Positions 25,977 through 36,236 of a DNA stretch of 40,366 nt are shown here, piece by piece; within the stretch, counting starts at the first letter, position 1, and every line of letters begins with the position of its first letter. A model generated the notes under the pieces. It was not told the DNA's origin. It was given only the letters and a program-made list of their open reading frames with translations, and made no database searches. The stretch comes from an uncultured Planctomycetia bacterium (GTDB lineage Bacteria > Omnitrophota > Gorgyraeia > JABMRG01). The translations under genes were made by a program, and so were the position numbers. The stretch is taken from the NCBI GenBank assembly GCA_964493115.1, contig CAZBNF010000002.1, forward strand, positions 4,461-44,826, in the 5' to 3' direction.

Positions 25977-26681
25977 TCATCGTGTCCGAATAGCATCAAG
26001 CATTAAAGCGGCGCCGCGTGAACCTTCCGCGCGCTCATCCCTTAACCAGTCAACATATTCGCGAAGGTTTTCTCTGAATTGCTGCCAGCCTTCTCTGTCA
26101 AGAAGTGTTAACATTATCAGATTACCAGGGGCGTCAAACCTATCTATAGCACACTTAAAACCATTGTCAATTATAATCACTTCTGCCATAGGTGTACCAT
26201 TAACATTTATACCTCTGGCATATGCCTTGTTCTCAAAACACCCTACAACAGTTTTTTTGCTATCTGTCTCAACTGACATGCCGCTTCCGGCAACACCGGC
26301 AATAGCTGTTGGCGTGCGCACCTCAAAAAGAGAGGCTGAATCAATGCCTTCTATCAAGGCAAAGGCCTTGCCTTTTGAAAGCGAGATCTGCTTTTTCTTT
26401 ATATCAGATACAGTCATCTCTGAGTTCTGGGAAAGTGTCACTATGTTCTTTTTTGTAGGATCAAGTGTAATGCCAACCTCAGAGGCAATTGATGTCTTTA
26501 TCTTATCGTTATCGCCTAAAGACATGCCTTTTTTAGCGAGTATCCAAAAATCTTCACCTGACTGTTGTACATTTACAACACCTTTGACATAAAGCACCTG
26601 CATGTCTTCTTCGGCATAAGACGCTGCACAGAAAAAAGATAATGCCACTGCAAAAATCATTAAAAATAATATATATCTCAT
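25977..26681 (-). CDS. FecR-domain exported protein
   Basis: Signal peptide; D.IKT, FEVRTPTAIAGVAGS. Confidence 0.8.
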   Translation of the reverse strand: MRYILFLMIFAVALSFFCAASYAEEDMQVLYVKGVVNVQQSGEDFWILAKKGMSLGDNDKIKTSIASEVGITLDPTKKNIVTLSQNSEMTVSDIKKKQISLSKGKAFALIEGIDSASLFEVRTPTAIAGVAGSGMSVETDSKKTVVGCFENKAYARGINVNGTPMAEVIIIDNGFKCAIDRFDAPGNLIMLTLLDREGWQQFRENLREYVDWLRDERAEGSRGAALMLDAIRTR

Positions 26682-26690
26682 AACTTACTT

Positions 26691-27368
26691 CTATCTGTCC
26701 CTTGTATCCTTTTTATCCTTTTTATCTTTTTCATCCTTGCCTTTAACAAGCAGTTTCCATGGATTGCGTTTTATGTCATCCGTAAATTCTTCGAGATTAT
26801 CAGTAGTCCTTCTTAAGTTATTCATTATCTCGTCTATATTAGGCCTGTTCTCAGCCACCGCGCTGTCTAAGTTTTTGACCAGGCTGCTTATATTCGTCAT
26901 AGTCTCTTTGGCAGCCTCCATTGTGGATGTTGCCTGCTCTATAATGGCATCTATATCAATAGGGTCTTTACCTTGTATGGTTGCCCCACGCTTTATGGCC
27001 GGGGCCCCTGCATCTCCCGGGGATAGTTCTATGTACTTCTCACCCATAAGGCCCAAGGTTGTAACCGATGCCTTTGCGCCTTCCCTGATGGTGGCATTCT
27101 CGCTCAACTCAAGTTTTACAAGGACTACAGTATCGCCTTCTTTTCTATACACAAGCTGAACACTATCGACCTTTCCAACCTCAACCCCGCTTAAGCGCAC
27201 AGAGGCGTCTTTTTCAATACCTGAGGAATTTGAAAATACAACATTTATATTGTATGCCTGCTGGAACGGTTTAAAGTTACCCGCCATTATGGTAAGGCCC
27301 GCTAAAATACCGACGCATAGTATCGCTACAAACCCTGTCTTTACCTCATTTGTAAGTATCTTTGCCAT
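26691..27368 (-). CDS. mlaD: MCE/MlaD family protein
   Basis: N-terminal TM, VRLSGVEVGKV, GLMGEKYIELSPG, helical tail ending NPWKLL. Confidence 0.9.
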   Translation of the reverse strand: MAKILTNEVKTGFVAILCVGILAGLTIMAGNFKPFQQAYNINVVFSNSSGIEKDASVRLSGVEVGKVDSVQLVYRKEGDTVVLVKLELSENATIREGAKASVTTLGLMGEKYIELSPGDAGAPAIKRGATIQGKDPIDIDAIIEQATSTMEAAKETMTNISSLVKNLDSAVAENRPNIDEIMNNLRRTTDNLEEFTDDIKRNPWKLLVKGKDEKDKKDKKDTRDR

Positions 27369-27380
27369 GTGCCCTTCTCC

Positions 27381-28181
27381 TTATTTTGTAAGTTCCTCTA
27401 AATAGCCCTCGCCTGATTTGAAAAACTGAATAGGCCCGTCAGGGCTGCCTGTAATAAACTGTTTTACGCGCGGGTCTGCTGAATTTTTAATATCCTCCAT
27501 AGCGCCCTCCGCTATAATCTTTCCTTCATAGAGCATAACAACCCTGTCGGCTATTGAAAAAACGCTCTTCATATCATGGGTTACGACAATTGATGTTATA
27601 TGAAGCTTCTTGCTTAGGTCAAGTATAAGCTTATCGATAACACCTGCTACTATCGGGTCAAGCCCGGCGGTAGGTTCATCGTAAAATACCATCTCGGGGT
27701 CCATTGAAATCGCCCTCGCCAGGCCTACTCTTCTTCTCATGCCGCCTGAAAGCTCACTCGGCATAAAATTCTCAAAACCGCGAAGGCCTACCAGCTCAAG
27801 TTTCATCTTTATTATAATATCAATTATATCAGGGGCAAGTTTTGTGTGCTCGCGCAGAGCCAGGGCTATGTTTTCCTTGACTGTCATGGAATCATAAAGC
27901 GCCGCATTCTGAAAAACCATACCATATATCTTTCTTATCTTATCAAATTCAGACTCGCTAAGCTTTGTTATGTCCTTACCTTTTATAATTACAGAACCGC
28001 TGTCAGGCCTGTGGGTGCCTATCATGTGCCTTAATAAGGTGGATTTTCCGCATCCGCTTCCACCCATAATAACAAGGGTCTCCCCTTTATATACCTTTAA
28101 ATTAATGCCGTTTAAAACCACCCTGTCACCAAAGCTCTTAACCAGGTCTTTTATCTCTATTGAAACTTCCTTGTTTTCCAT
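27381..28181 (-). CDS. mlaF: Mla ABC transporter ATPase
   Basis: GGSGCGKST, LSGGM, YDEPTAGLDP, VTHD, QFITG..DGP. Confidence 0.93.
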   Translation of the reverse strand: MENKEVSIEIKDLVKSFGDRVVLNGINLKVYKGETLVIMGGSGCGKSTLLRHMIGTHRPDSGSVIIKGKDITKLSESEFDKIRKIYGMVFQNAALYDSMTVKENIALALREHTKLAPDIIDIIIKMKLELVGLRGFENFMPSELSGGMRRRVGLARAISMDPEMVFYDEPTAGLDPIVAGVIDKLILDLSKKLHITSIVVTHDMKSVFSIADRVVMLYEGKIIAEGAMEDIKNSADPRVKQFITGSPDGPIQFFKSGEGYLEELTK

Positions 28182-28236
28182 GTATCACTCCTGAATATAT
28201 AAAACAATTGACTATATACAATATTGTAATAATTGA

Positions 28237-28329
28237 GTTTGTGCCTTTGTTGAAACAACGCATTGGCTTTTTTTGCCAGGATTTCATAATGTGCAAAAAT
28301 ACCATCGCTGCCAAAATAAAGGCACAAAC
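28237..28329 (-). repeat. ~100-bp imperfect palindromic repeat, copy C (inverted)
   Basis: Reverse complement GTTTGTGCCTTT...GCAGCGATGGTATTTTTGC...GGCAAAAAAAGCCAA...AAAGGCACAAAC. Confidence 0.88.
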
Positions 28330-28344
28330 GAAATAATAATCTAA

Positions 28345-29142
28345 CTATATGTTACTAAAAAAGAATATACCCGTAAGCACACAATCCGCCAATATAATAA
28401 GTATAAAGCTTGTCACAACACTTACTGTGGTAGCACGGCCAACGCCTTCGGCGCCTCCTTGTGTATTAAGCCCCATATAGCAGCCAATAAGCGATATAAT
28501 CATCGCAAAAGATACAGATTTTACCAGGCCTGTATATATATCTTTAAGCTCTAAAAACTTAAATGTTATGTTTATATACAGCCCGGAGTTTATGCCTACA
28601 TTGAATACCCCGACAAGATAACCGCCTATCATGCCTACGAGATCGCTAAATATCGTAAGGCAGGGCAGCATTACAATAAGCGCTAAAAACCTCGGCACAA
28701 CAAGAAACCTTACAGGGTTTAAGGCCTGAGTTTGTAACGCCTCTATCTGCTCCGTTACCTTCATACTGCCAAGCTCAGCTGTTATCGCGGCACCAACCCT
28801 GCCCGCGACAACAAGCGCTGTAAGAACAGGCCCCATCTCTCTTGCCATCGCGACAGCAACAAGGCTCGCCACATACATCTCAGCGCCAAGCTGCGCGAGC
28901 TGATACGCACTTTGCATCGCGAGTACAATACCTGTAAAAAACGCGACGAAGAAAACTATAAGCAGGCTGTTTACGCCGCTAAATACCATTTGCTCAAATA
29001 TATTTTTTCGGGAAGGCGCCTTCTTGATAAACGGGCCCGCAAACGTCCAGAAGAGAGACTGGCCAAGTAGTATAAATATGCCGCCTATCTGTGATAAAAC
29101 GGATAGAGTAGATTTACCTATTGCCCCTATCATGTTTAGCAT
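28345..29142 (-). CDS. mlaE: Mla ABC transporter permease
   Basis: REMGPVLTALVVAGRVGAAITAELGSMKVTEQIEAL, LVVPR, GGAEGVGRATT. Confidence 0.95.
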   Translation of the reverse strand: MLNMIGAIGKSTLSVLSQIGGIFILLGQSLFWTFAGPFIKKAPSRKNIFEQMVFSGVNSLLIVFFVAFFTGIVLAMQSAYQLAQLGAEMYVASLVAVAMAREMGPVLTALVVAGRVGAAITAELGSMKVTEQIEALQTQALNPVRFLVVPRFLALIVMLPCLTIFSDLVGMIGGYLVGVFNVGINSGLYINITFKFLELKDIYTGLVKSVSFAMIISLIGCYMGLNTQGGAEGVGRATTVSVVTSFILIILADCVLTGIFFFSNI

Positions 29143-29157
29143 TTTCTTTTCCTGTTT

Positions 29158-29490
29158 TTAGAATCCGGCTATTGCCTCTTCTTCTGTTTCAAAAATCTCA
29201 AAAAGTTTCTCGAGCTTTGTGATCTCAAAAAGGCTTTTAACCTTAGGCGCAAGATTTGAGATGCGAAGCTTGCCGCCATAAACCCTGGTCTTTTTAAGCA
29301 TCTCCACAAGCGTTGCCAGGCCTGAGCTATCCACATATGAAACACTGTTTAGATTCACGAGTATTTTCATCGCCTTATTCTTTACACCCTTTTCAAAGGC
29401 CTCTCTTATGTCCGGTGAAGAATTTATATCTATATCGCCTTTTATCTCATAGGTAGTTATGCCATTAACCTCTCTCTGTGATATATGCAT
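29158..29490 (-). CDS. STAS anti-sigma factor antagonist (in MlaB-like position)
   Basis: KGDIDI, VNLNSVSYVDSSGLATL, FEITKL. Confidence 0.9.
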   Translation of the reverse strand: MHISQREVNGITTYEIKGDIDINSSPDIREAFEKGVKNKAMKILVNLNSVSYVDSSGLATLVEMLKKTRVYGGKLRISNLAPKVKSLFEITKLEKLFEIFETEEEAIAGF

Positions 29491-29502
29491 CGCGGTTCCC
29501 CC

Positions 29503-29907
29503 TTATTTTAGTTTTAAATGTTTTATCATAGTAAGACGATTACCCTGCTCATTTGATTTGAGCTCATCCATAAGATGTTTTATAAGGAAGACCCCTCTTC
29601 CGCTTCCTCTTAATATGTTCTCATCTGAAGTAGGGTCCGGTATAGAGCTTAAATTAAAGCCCCTGCCGTTATCCTCAACTGAAAGGGTTACCTTTGCATC
29701 CTTATAATTAAAGTCTATCTGAACCTTCTTTGTCTTGTCAAATTTATTACCATATTTTATCGCGTTTATCAACGCCTCTTCAAGGCAGAGCCTTATATCA
29801 AATATATCACTCTCATCTGTCCCGATCTGCTCAAGCATATTCTTTATCTGGTCAACAGCATGTTTTATGTTGTCTAAATCACTCTCTATGATTATTCTCT
29901 TATCCAT
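29503..29907 (-). CDS. RsbW/SpoIIAB-like anti-sigma factor Ser/Thr kinase
   Basis: LEEALINAIKYGN (N box), EDNGRGF, GRGVFLIKHLMD. Confidence 0.9.
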   Translation of the reverse strand: MDKRIIIESDLDNIKHAVDQIKNMLEQIGTDESDIFDIRLCLEEALINAIKYGNKFDKTKKVQIDFNYKDAKVTLSVEDNGRGFNLSSIPDPTSDENILRGSGRGVFLIKHLMDELKSNEQGNRLTMIKHLKLK

Positions 29908-29922
29908 TTCGTCTAAAAATAT

Positions 29923-30894
29923 TTAAGGGGTTTTGGCGGGGTCAATAAATCTTCCTATTCGGCGAAATTTTTCATAACGGGCCTTGACCATATCATCTTT
30001 TGATATTGATGATACCTCTTTTATGCCATTTAGGATTATGCGTTTTATATTATCAGCCGCTGCTTGCGGATCACGATGGGCGCCTCCGAGCGGTTCAGGG
30101 ACAATTGTATCTATTATACCAAAATTCAAAAGATCCTGTGCCGTAAGTTTTAAGGCCTTTGCCGCCTCATCTGATCTGGCACGGTCTTTCCATAATATCG
30201 CGGCGCATCCTTCCGGAGATATCACCGAATAATACGAGTTCTGCAAAACACATACCCTGTCACCTACTCCTATGCCAAGGGCCCCTCCGCTTCCGCCTTC
30301 TCCTATAACAAATATTATAATAGGCACTCTTATAGAGATCATTTCCCGGAGATTATAAGCTATTGCCTCTGCCTGGCCTCTTTCTTCAGCGCCGATACCA
30401 GGGTATGCCCCTGGCGTATCTATAAATGTCACCACAGGGATATCAAATTTTTCAGCAATTTTCATAACCCGTATCGCTTTTCTGTAGCCTTCAGGATTTG
30501 CGCTTCCAAAATTTCTCTTTAGATTTTCATTGGTGTCCCGGCCCTTCTGATGGCCTATGATGCAAATCTTATGCCTATCTATCCTGGCTAACCCGCATAC
30601 TATGGCCTTGTCATCGGAAAATGCGCGGTCTCCATGGATCTCTATAAAATCATGCATTATCATGCTTATGTAATCAAGGGTATAAGGCCTCTGGGGATGC
30701 CGAGCTATCTGGACCCTTTGCCAGGGGGTAAGGTTCTCAAATATTTCCTGCTTTAATTTTTCAAGCTTTTGCCTGAGCCTTTCAATTTCAGAATGAAGAT
30801 TTATGTTTTCAGAGCTTGTAAATTTCTTAAGCTCTTCTATCTTTCTTTCAAGCTCTAAAATGGGTTTTTCAAACTCCAGGCCGCTTCCGTTCAT
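29923..30894 (-). CDS. accA: Acetyl-CoA carboxylase carboxyltransferase alpha subunit
   Basis: [53 protein letters not shown]. Confidence 0.98.
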   Translation of the reverse strand: MNGSGLEFEKPILELERKIEELKKFTSSENINLHSEIERLRQKLEKLKQEIFENLTPWQRVQIARHPQRPYTLDYISMIMHDFIEIHGDRAFSDDKAIVCGLARIDRHKICIIGHQKGRDTNENLKRNFGSANPEGYRKAIRVMKIAEKFDIPVVTFIDTPGAYPGIGAEERGQAEAIAYNLREMISIRVPIIIFVIGEGGSGGALGIGVGDRVCVLQNSYYSVISPEGCAAILWKDRARSDEAAKALKLTAQDLLNFGIIDTIVPEPLGGAHRDPQAAADNIKRIILNGIKEVSSISKDDMVKARYEKFRRIGRFIDPAKTP

Positions 30895-30906
30895 CTATAT
30901 CGCCTT

Positions 30907-31863
30907 CTAATCTATCACAGTAACTGATATACCTAATGGTATAATGCTATATAGTTCTTCCACATCTTCATTGCGCATCCTTATGCAGCCCTCTGTGGAC
31001 TGATATCCTATGCTCTCAGGTTCTGTTGTGCCATGTATCCCATAACCTGGCTCCGGAGTGGTAAGCCCCATCCATCTGGTTCCAAGGACATTCTCAGGGC
31101 TTTCAGCCGGAATAGCTGCACCCTTGTTATACCACACAGGGTCTACAAGTCTATCTCTTACCTTAAATAGGCCTATTGGAGTAGAATTGTTCTTACCCGT
31201 AGCCACGTCATATATCTTTATAACTTCATCACCTAATAAAACAGTAAGCACGCACTGCTTGTTATCTACAATTATAGAAAATGGCTTATTCTGTACCTTA
31301 AGCTTCATGCCAGGTATAATAATATCGGATTTTAAATTGTTGGCCCGTTTTATAAGCTCTACTGTGGCTGAATACCTGCCTGCTATCTTAGCCAGAGAGT
31401 CACCCGGGACTACTATATACAACTCGCTTTCAGGCGTTAGGATATTGGAAAATAAAAGAGCTGTATTAACAGATGCTATCTTTTTTTGTACACCAGCATA
31501 ATCACAGAATTGAGAATACTCGTTGATGATCTCATAATATAAAGCCTTTGCTTTAAGCAGGTTTCTATCCTTGCTATATATATCAGCAAGCGTTAAAACA
31601 GCTTCATAGCCATCTCTCTGACCCTTAGAAGAATCTGCTATTTTCTCAAGTTGTTTTATGGCTTCGGCTCTCTGGCCCAGGGTTAAAAGTTCTTTTGCCT
31701 GTTTTAATACTTTTGACTCCTTAGGGGCAACAGAAACTGTACCCTGGCTTGGGGTTTGGGGTTTTTCGCTTTGTGAAAAACTCAGAAATACTATCCTAGA
31801 TATTACTACTAAAAAAACAGCTGCTGCAATAGCAATAGATACGCGCGGTATATTCTTATTCAT
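30907..31863 (-). CDS. L,D-transpeptidase (YkuD) with TM anchor, TPR-like helices and LysM
   Basis: YIVVPGDSLAKIA (LysM), YGIHGT...STEGCIRM. Confidence 0.92.
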   Translation of the reverse strand: MNKNIPRVSIAIAAAVFLVVISRIVFLSFSQSEKPQTPSQGTVSVAPKESKVLKQAKELLTLGQRAEAIKQLEKIADSSKGQRDGYEAVLTLADIYSKDRNLLKAKALYYEIINEYSQFCDYAGVQKKIASVNTALLFSNILTPESELYIVVPGDSLAKIAGRYSATVELIKRANNLKSDIIIPGMKLKVQNKPFSIIVDNKQCVLTVLLGDEVIKIYDVATGKNNSTPIGLFKVRDRLVDPVWYNKGAAIPAESPENVLGTRWMGLTTPEPGYGIHGTTEPESIGYQSTEGCIRMRNEDVEELYSIIPLGISVTVID

Positions 31864-31878
31864 CTTTTCCCTTTCCTT

Positions 31879-32331
31879 CTACATGTATATATATAAAAAA
31901 TAACCTAAAAAACCCCCAAGAGATGCCCCTGCCAAAACCTGAACAGGTGTATGGCCTATGAGTTCTGCAAGCCTTTCTTCTCTTATCGGTTTTTTAAAAT
32001 ATATATCCTCTACCATATTATTAAGCACCTCTGCCTGCTTTCCTATAGCGCGCCTGGCGCTCTGCGCATCGAACATAGTAACAATCGCAAAACCTAAACC
32101 GATAGCGAATATACCTGAATCAAATCCATAGGACAAGCCTAATGTTGTGGCAAGCGCTGATGTCGCGGCGCAATGTGAACTCGGCATACCACCTGTTCCT
32201 ATAAGCCACTTAAAATTAAACCTTTTCTCTCTTATTATGTCTGCTGTTATCTTGATAAACTGGGCGGTAAACCAGCATATAACGGTAACTGTAAACACCC
32301 TGTTATTCGCGATCTGCTCTAAAAAGCTCAT
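31879..32331 (-). CDS. DUF212 / divergent PAP2 family membrane protein
   Basis: AQFIK, GGMPSSH, MFDA...R, GKQA..LN, ELIGHTP. Confidence 0.9.
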   Translation of the reverse strand: MSFLEQIANNRVFTVTVICWFTAQFIKITADIIREKRFNFKWLIGTGGMPSSHCAATSALATTLGLSYGFDSGIFAIGLGFAIVTMFDAQSARRAIGKQAEVLNNMVEDIYFKKPIREERLAELIGHTPVQVLAGASLGGFLGYFLYIYM

Positions 32332-32348
32332 AATTTTATACAGGCGGG

Positions 32349-32693
32349 TTAAAAAGATTTGCCGTAAAAATGTGTTATAATTCTGTTTATATTTATTGGA
32401 TCAGCATCTAAAAGCTCGACACCTGTATCATAGTAAGCTACAGGCGATTCATCTGTTGTTATCTCAACCCTTCTGCTCCATACAACCCTGCCGCTTAGCT
32501 TTACATTATTATCTGCTATAGTTATATCTATATCCAACATGGTCTTTGGCAGAAGTTTTTCTTTTAAGGAAAGGCATATACCGTTTCCGCTTATGTCCTT
32601 GCTTACCGATTCTTTTACTATCCTTGGCCTTGTCCTTACCTCATAGGTAAGCTTAATGGGCAAGGATATTCTCTCATACAGCCTGCTTTCCAT
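32349..32693 (-). CDS. PilZ-domain protein
   Basis: SRLYERI (RxxxR), DISGNG (DxSxxG), GRVVW. Confidence 0.85.
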   Translation of the reverse strand: MESRLYERISLPIKLTYEVRTRPRIVKESVSKDISGNGICLSLKEKLLPKTMLDIDITIADNNVKLSGRVVWSRRVEITTDESPVAYYDTGVELLDADPININRIITHFYGKSF

Positions 32694-32803
32694 ACTAATA
32701 CTCCTATTTATAATATTGCGATTATAGCATATATACTATTTAACGTAAAGACTAAAATTAAATGAGCACACTTTTAGTTGTATAATCCACCAAATAACAT
32801 AAT

Positions 32804-32904
32804 ATCGTTTATGCCTTTGCCTTCGCAGCGATGGTATTTTTGCATAGACCTAAAATCAGGGCAAAAAAAGCCAAATCGCTGCTTAAGGCAAAGGCATAAA
32901 CGAT
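32804..32904 (+). repeat. ~100-bp imperfect palindromic repeat, copy B
   Basis: ATCGTTTATGCCTTTGCCTT..GCAGCGATGGTATTTTTGC...GGCAAAAAAAGCCAAATCGCTGC..AAGGCAAAGGCATAAACGAT. Confidence 0.9.
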
Positions 32905-32974
32905 TAACTCTAATAATAAGATTAAACAGCATCTCGAATATCAAAATAGCTGCTGTTGTATATTATGCGCCCTG

Positions 32975-33529
32975 TCATCTTATCAAAGACAGCGCTTCCT
33001 GCCTGGTCTTAGCATTTTCCTTGAATATGCCTCTTACGGCACTTGTTACTGTAACAGCACCTGGTTTTTTCACCCCGCGCATTGACATGCAAAGGTGTTC
33101 TGCCTCTATTACAACGAGCACCCCAAGCGGCTTTAGTTTTTGCATTATAATATCAGCTATCTGGGTTGTAAGCCTCTCCTGCACCTGAAGTCTTCTAGAG
33201 TATATCTCTACAACCCTTGCCAGCTTGCTTAAGCCCGTTACTCTCCCGGATTTCGGGATATAGGCAATATGGGCCTTGCCCGTAAAAGGAAGAAGGTGAT
33301 GCTCACACACAGAGTATAGCGGTATACCCTTAAGAAGCACTATTTCGTTATGCTTCTCCCCCAATATAACCTCAAGCTCTTTTTTAGGATCCATCTTTAT
33401 CCCGCTGAATATCTCTTCATACATATCAGCAACCCTTTTAGGGGTATCTATAAGATCCTCTCTTTTGGGATCATCACCTATTGCGGCCAATATCTCTCTT
33501 ACCGCCTTTTCTATTCTCTTCTTCTGCAT
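32975..33529 (-). CDS. folE: GTP cyclohydrolase I
   Basis: [40 protein letters not shown]. Confidence 0.98.
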   Translation of the reverse strand: MQKKRIEKAVREILAAIGDDPKREDLIDTPKRVADMYEEIFSGIKMDPKKELEVILGEKHNEIVLLKGIPLYSVCEHHLLPFTGKAHIAYIPKSGRVTGLSKLARVVEIYSRRLQVQERLTTQIADIIMQKLKPLGVLVVIEAEHLCMSMRGVKKPGAVTVTSAVRGIFKENAKTRQEALSLIR

Positions 33530-33543
33530 CTTGTATCCTCCGA

Positions 33544-34920
33544 TTATTTGCCTATACAGAACCTGCTGAATATTTTATCAAGCATATCATCCGTAAATAC
33601 TTCGCCTGTAATCGCGCCTAGGATATCCGCGGCGTCTTTTATATCTATGAGCGTTAACTCAACCGGCCTTTTCTCATCTATACCCTCTATTGCCGATTGC
33701 AGGAAAACTGATGCCTTTCTTATTGATTCTATATGCCTTGAATTGGATAAAAGTATGCTCCCTACTGATACTTTTTGGTTTAAAAAGGTATTATATATCG
33801 CGTCTTCAAGTTTATCAAGCCCTGTTTTACGCTTTGCCGATACGCTCAAAACAACATTGTCATTGAGATATTTTTTTAAGGCCTTCGGGATTAACCTCGA
33901 CGGTAAATCCGACTTGTTCAATAAGACCAATGCCCTTTTTTCTTTTAGATTATCCATTAAAGACAGGTCCTCTTCTGTAAGTTTCCGGCTCTTATCAAGC
34001 ACCAATAATACGAGATCCGCCTCACCTATATATTGCATGCTCCTGCTAACGCTTGCCTTTGTGATCTCATCCTCTGATTCTGATATCCCCGCGGTATCAA
34101 TTATCTTTAGAGGAATGCCTTTTATATTAATAACCTCTTCTATGGTATCTCTTGTTGTCCCCGCTGTCGGAGCCACTATGACTCTATCGTTTCTTAACAG
34201 GCTGTTCATAAGGCTTGATTTACCGACATTAGGCCTGCCGCAGATAACACAAGAGGCCCCCTCGCGAAAGATAGCGCCTTTTTCAGAAGAATCTATAATT
34301 TCAAAAAGCACGCCTGCCGCTTTTTTTAAAGACTTCTTAACGGAGCTTATCTCTGAAGCGCCTATTTCCTCTTCAGGAAAATTTATATCCGCCTCGAGGC
34401 ATGCGGCCGCGTCTATGATATCTTTTCTGGCTGATCTTATCTTACAGGACGCTTCGCCTCTAAGCTGGCGCTGGGATATATTGAGGCTTTCTTTTGTGCG
34501 CGAGGCAATGATATCGCAGACCGCTTCTGCCTGCACAAGGTCTATTCTTCCGTTTAAAAAAGCCCTTTTTGTAAATTCGCCGGGTTCCGCAAGGCGCGCG
34601 CCTTTTTCTAATACAAGGGTTAATATCTGCTTAAGGCATTCCATACCGCTATGACAATTTATCTCTATTATATCCTCGCAGGTATATGTGAAGGGCCTAT
34701 GCATAACCGAAAGCAACACCTCGTCTATAACCCTGTTTTCATCGTGTATGTGGCCGTAACGCAGGCTGTAATTTGCAAAAGCAGAGGGCAGTTTTGGGTT
34801 TTTCCCCCTAAATATCTTATCCGCTATATCAAGGGACGATGGTCCGCTTACGCGTATAATACCTATACCATTTTCACCTGGAGGAGTTGATATCGCGGCT
34901 ATTGTATCATTCATCCGCAT
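33544..34920 (-). CDS. mnmE: tRNA modification GTPase MnmE
   Basis: [46 protein letters not shown]. Confidence 0.98.
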   Translation of the reverse strand: MRMNDTIAAISTPPGENGIGIIRVSGPSSLDIADKIFRGKNPKLPSAFANYSLRYGHIHDENRVIDEVLLSVMHRPFTYTCEDIIEINCHSGMECLKQILTLVLEKGARLAEPGEFTKRAFLNGRIDLVQAEAVCDIIASRTKESLNISQRQLRGEASCKIRSARKDIIDAAACLEADINFPEEEIGASEISSVKKSLKKAAGVLFEIIDSSEKGAIFREGASCVICGRPNVGKSSLMNSLLRNDRVIVAPTAGTTRDTIEEVINIKGIPLKIIDTAGISESEDEITKASVSRSMQYIGEADLVLLVLDKSRKLTEEDLSLMDNLKEKRALVLLNKSDLPSRLIPKALKKYLNDNVVLSVSAKRKTGLDKLEDAIYNTFLNQKVSVGSILLSNSRHIESIRKASVFLQSAIEGIDEKRPVELTLIDIKDAADILGAITGEVFTDDMLDKIFSRFCIGK

Positions 34921-36230
34921 CTCTTAACGCTTAATGTTTTTAATGCCTCTCCAACAAGAAACAATGACCCTGCTATAACAATGACCCCATCTTCAGGCGT
35001 AATAGATCTCGCGAAATCTATTGAATCCCTGAAGTTATAGCAAACGAAACTCTTTCCTGATAAAGCGCCTGCCCCATGAGCAAGCTCTAAAGCGGAAAGG
35101 GCCCTTGGCGAATCTGCTTGTGTAAATATTACATTTTTTGCCAAAGGGCAGAGGTTTTTTGCTATTTGCTTATAGTCTTTATCAGAAGATACCCCTAATA
35201 TCAAGCTTATATATTTCTTATTAAAAATTCTCTTAAGCGCGCCTTTTAAGGCCTCGGCAGATGCCTTGTTTTGCGCGCCATCCAGGATAATATAAGGATT
35301 AGTAGAGTATACTTGAAAGCGGCCTGGGAAGCTTACCCTGCTTATGCCTTTTTTTATATCATCTTCAGATATTCGAAAACCCAGCCTGTCTTTTATAGTC
35401 TCTGCCAAACATACAGCAACAGAGGCATTGCCGGCCTGGTAACTTCCTATAAGAGGGGTATGCAATTTTCTATAAAAGTTATATCTGGTTTTTAAACTAA
35501 AGCCTGTCCCGGAAAGCGAGGTCTTGATATTACTCGCTACGATATCTCTGCCTGAAATAAATAAGCGCGCGTTTTTTTTAAGCGTAACATTGTTTAAAAC
35601 ATCAAGGGCCTGCTTTTCCTGCTTGGCGCTAACTACATAAGAATTGTTATGTATAATGCCGCATTTCTCTTTTGCTATCTCTCTAAGCGATCGGCCAAGC
35701 AAATGGGTGTGGTCATAACTTATTGGCGTTATCGCCGATATTGTAGATTCGGCGATATTTACAGCATCAAGCCTGCCGCCCAAGCCTACCTCCATAATGG
35801 CTATCTTAACTTTTTCGCGTAAAAAATATAAAAATGCCGCTGTGGTTATTGCTTCAAAATATGTAATGCCCTTTATCCTGTGCGCGTCTATAATATTTTT
35901 AATCTCAGATATCTCGCGGGCGAATGCCCTTTCAGATATGCACTGTGTGCCAACTTTTATCCTTTCTCTTATGGATATCAAGTGAGGCGACACAAAAATA
36001 CCTGTCCGAATTCCCGCTGCGTTTAATATAGAACCGAGCGTGCATACGGTAGACCCCTTGCCCTTTGTCCCGGCTACTGTAACCGCGGGATACTTTTTCT
36101 GCGGGTTGCCCAACAAAAAAAGAAGTTTTCTTATTCTATCAAGGCTATAGGCCTGGCTGTAATTGTAGTCTGAGAATTTTTCATAATTGATAAGGGCATC
36201 CAGATAATGCAGGGACTGTGCGAAATTCAT
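34911..36230 (-). CDS. folC: Folylpolyglutamate/dihydrofolate synthase
   Basis: VAGTKGKGS, SPHL...ERI, EVGLGGRLDA, DH, PGRF, LDGAQN, GSLFLVG. Confidence 0.95.
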   Translation of the reverse strand: MNFAQSLHYLDALINYEKFSDYNYSQAYSLDRIRKLLFLLGNPQKKYPAVTVAGTKGKGSTVCTLGSILNAAGIRTGIFVSPHLISIRERIKVGTQCISERAFAREISEIKNIIDAHRIKGITYFEAITTAAFLYFLREKVKIAIMEVGLGGRLDAVNIAESTISAITPISYDHTHLLGRSLREIAKEKCGIIHNNSYVVSAKQEKQALDVLNNVTLKKNARLFISGRDIVASNIKTSLSGTGFSLKTRYNFYRKLHTPLIGSYQAGNASVAVCLAETIKDRLGFRISEDDIKKGISRVSFPGRFQVYSTNPYIILDGAQNKASAEALKGALKRIFNKKYISLILGVSSDKDYKQIAKNLCPLAKNVIFTQADSPRALSALELAHGAGALSGKSFVCYNFRDSIDFARSITPEDGVIVIAGSLFLVGEALKTLSVKRCG

Positions 36231-36236
36231 ACATTC

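Noticed and set aside
33350-34654. 434-aa plus-strand ORF
   Set aside because: Antisense shadow of mnmE/folE with no recognisable motifs; the same applies to other antisense ORFs such as 12516-13211 and 14043-14495.
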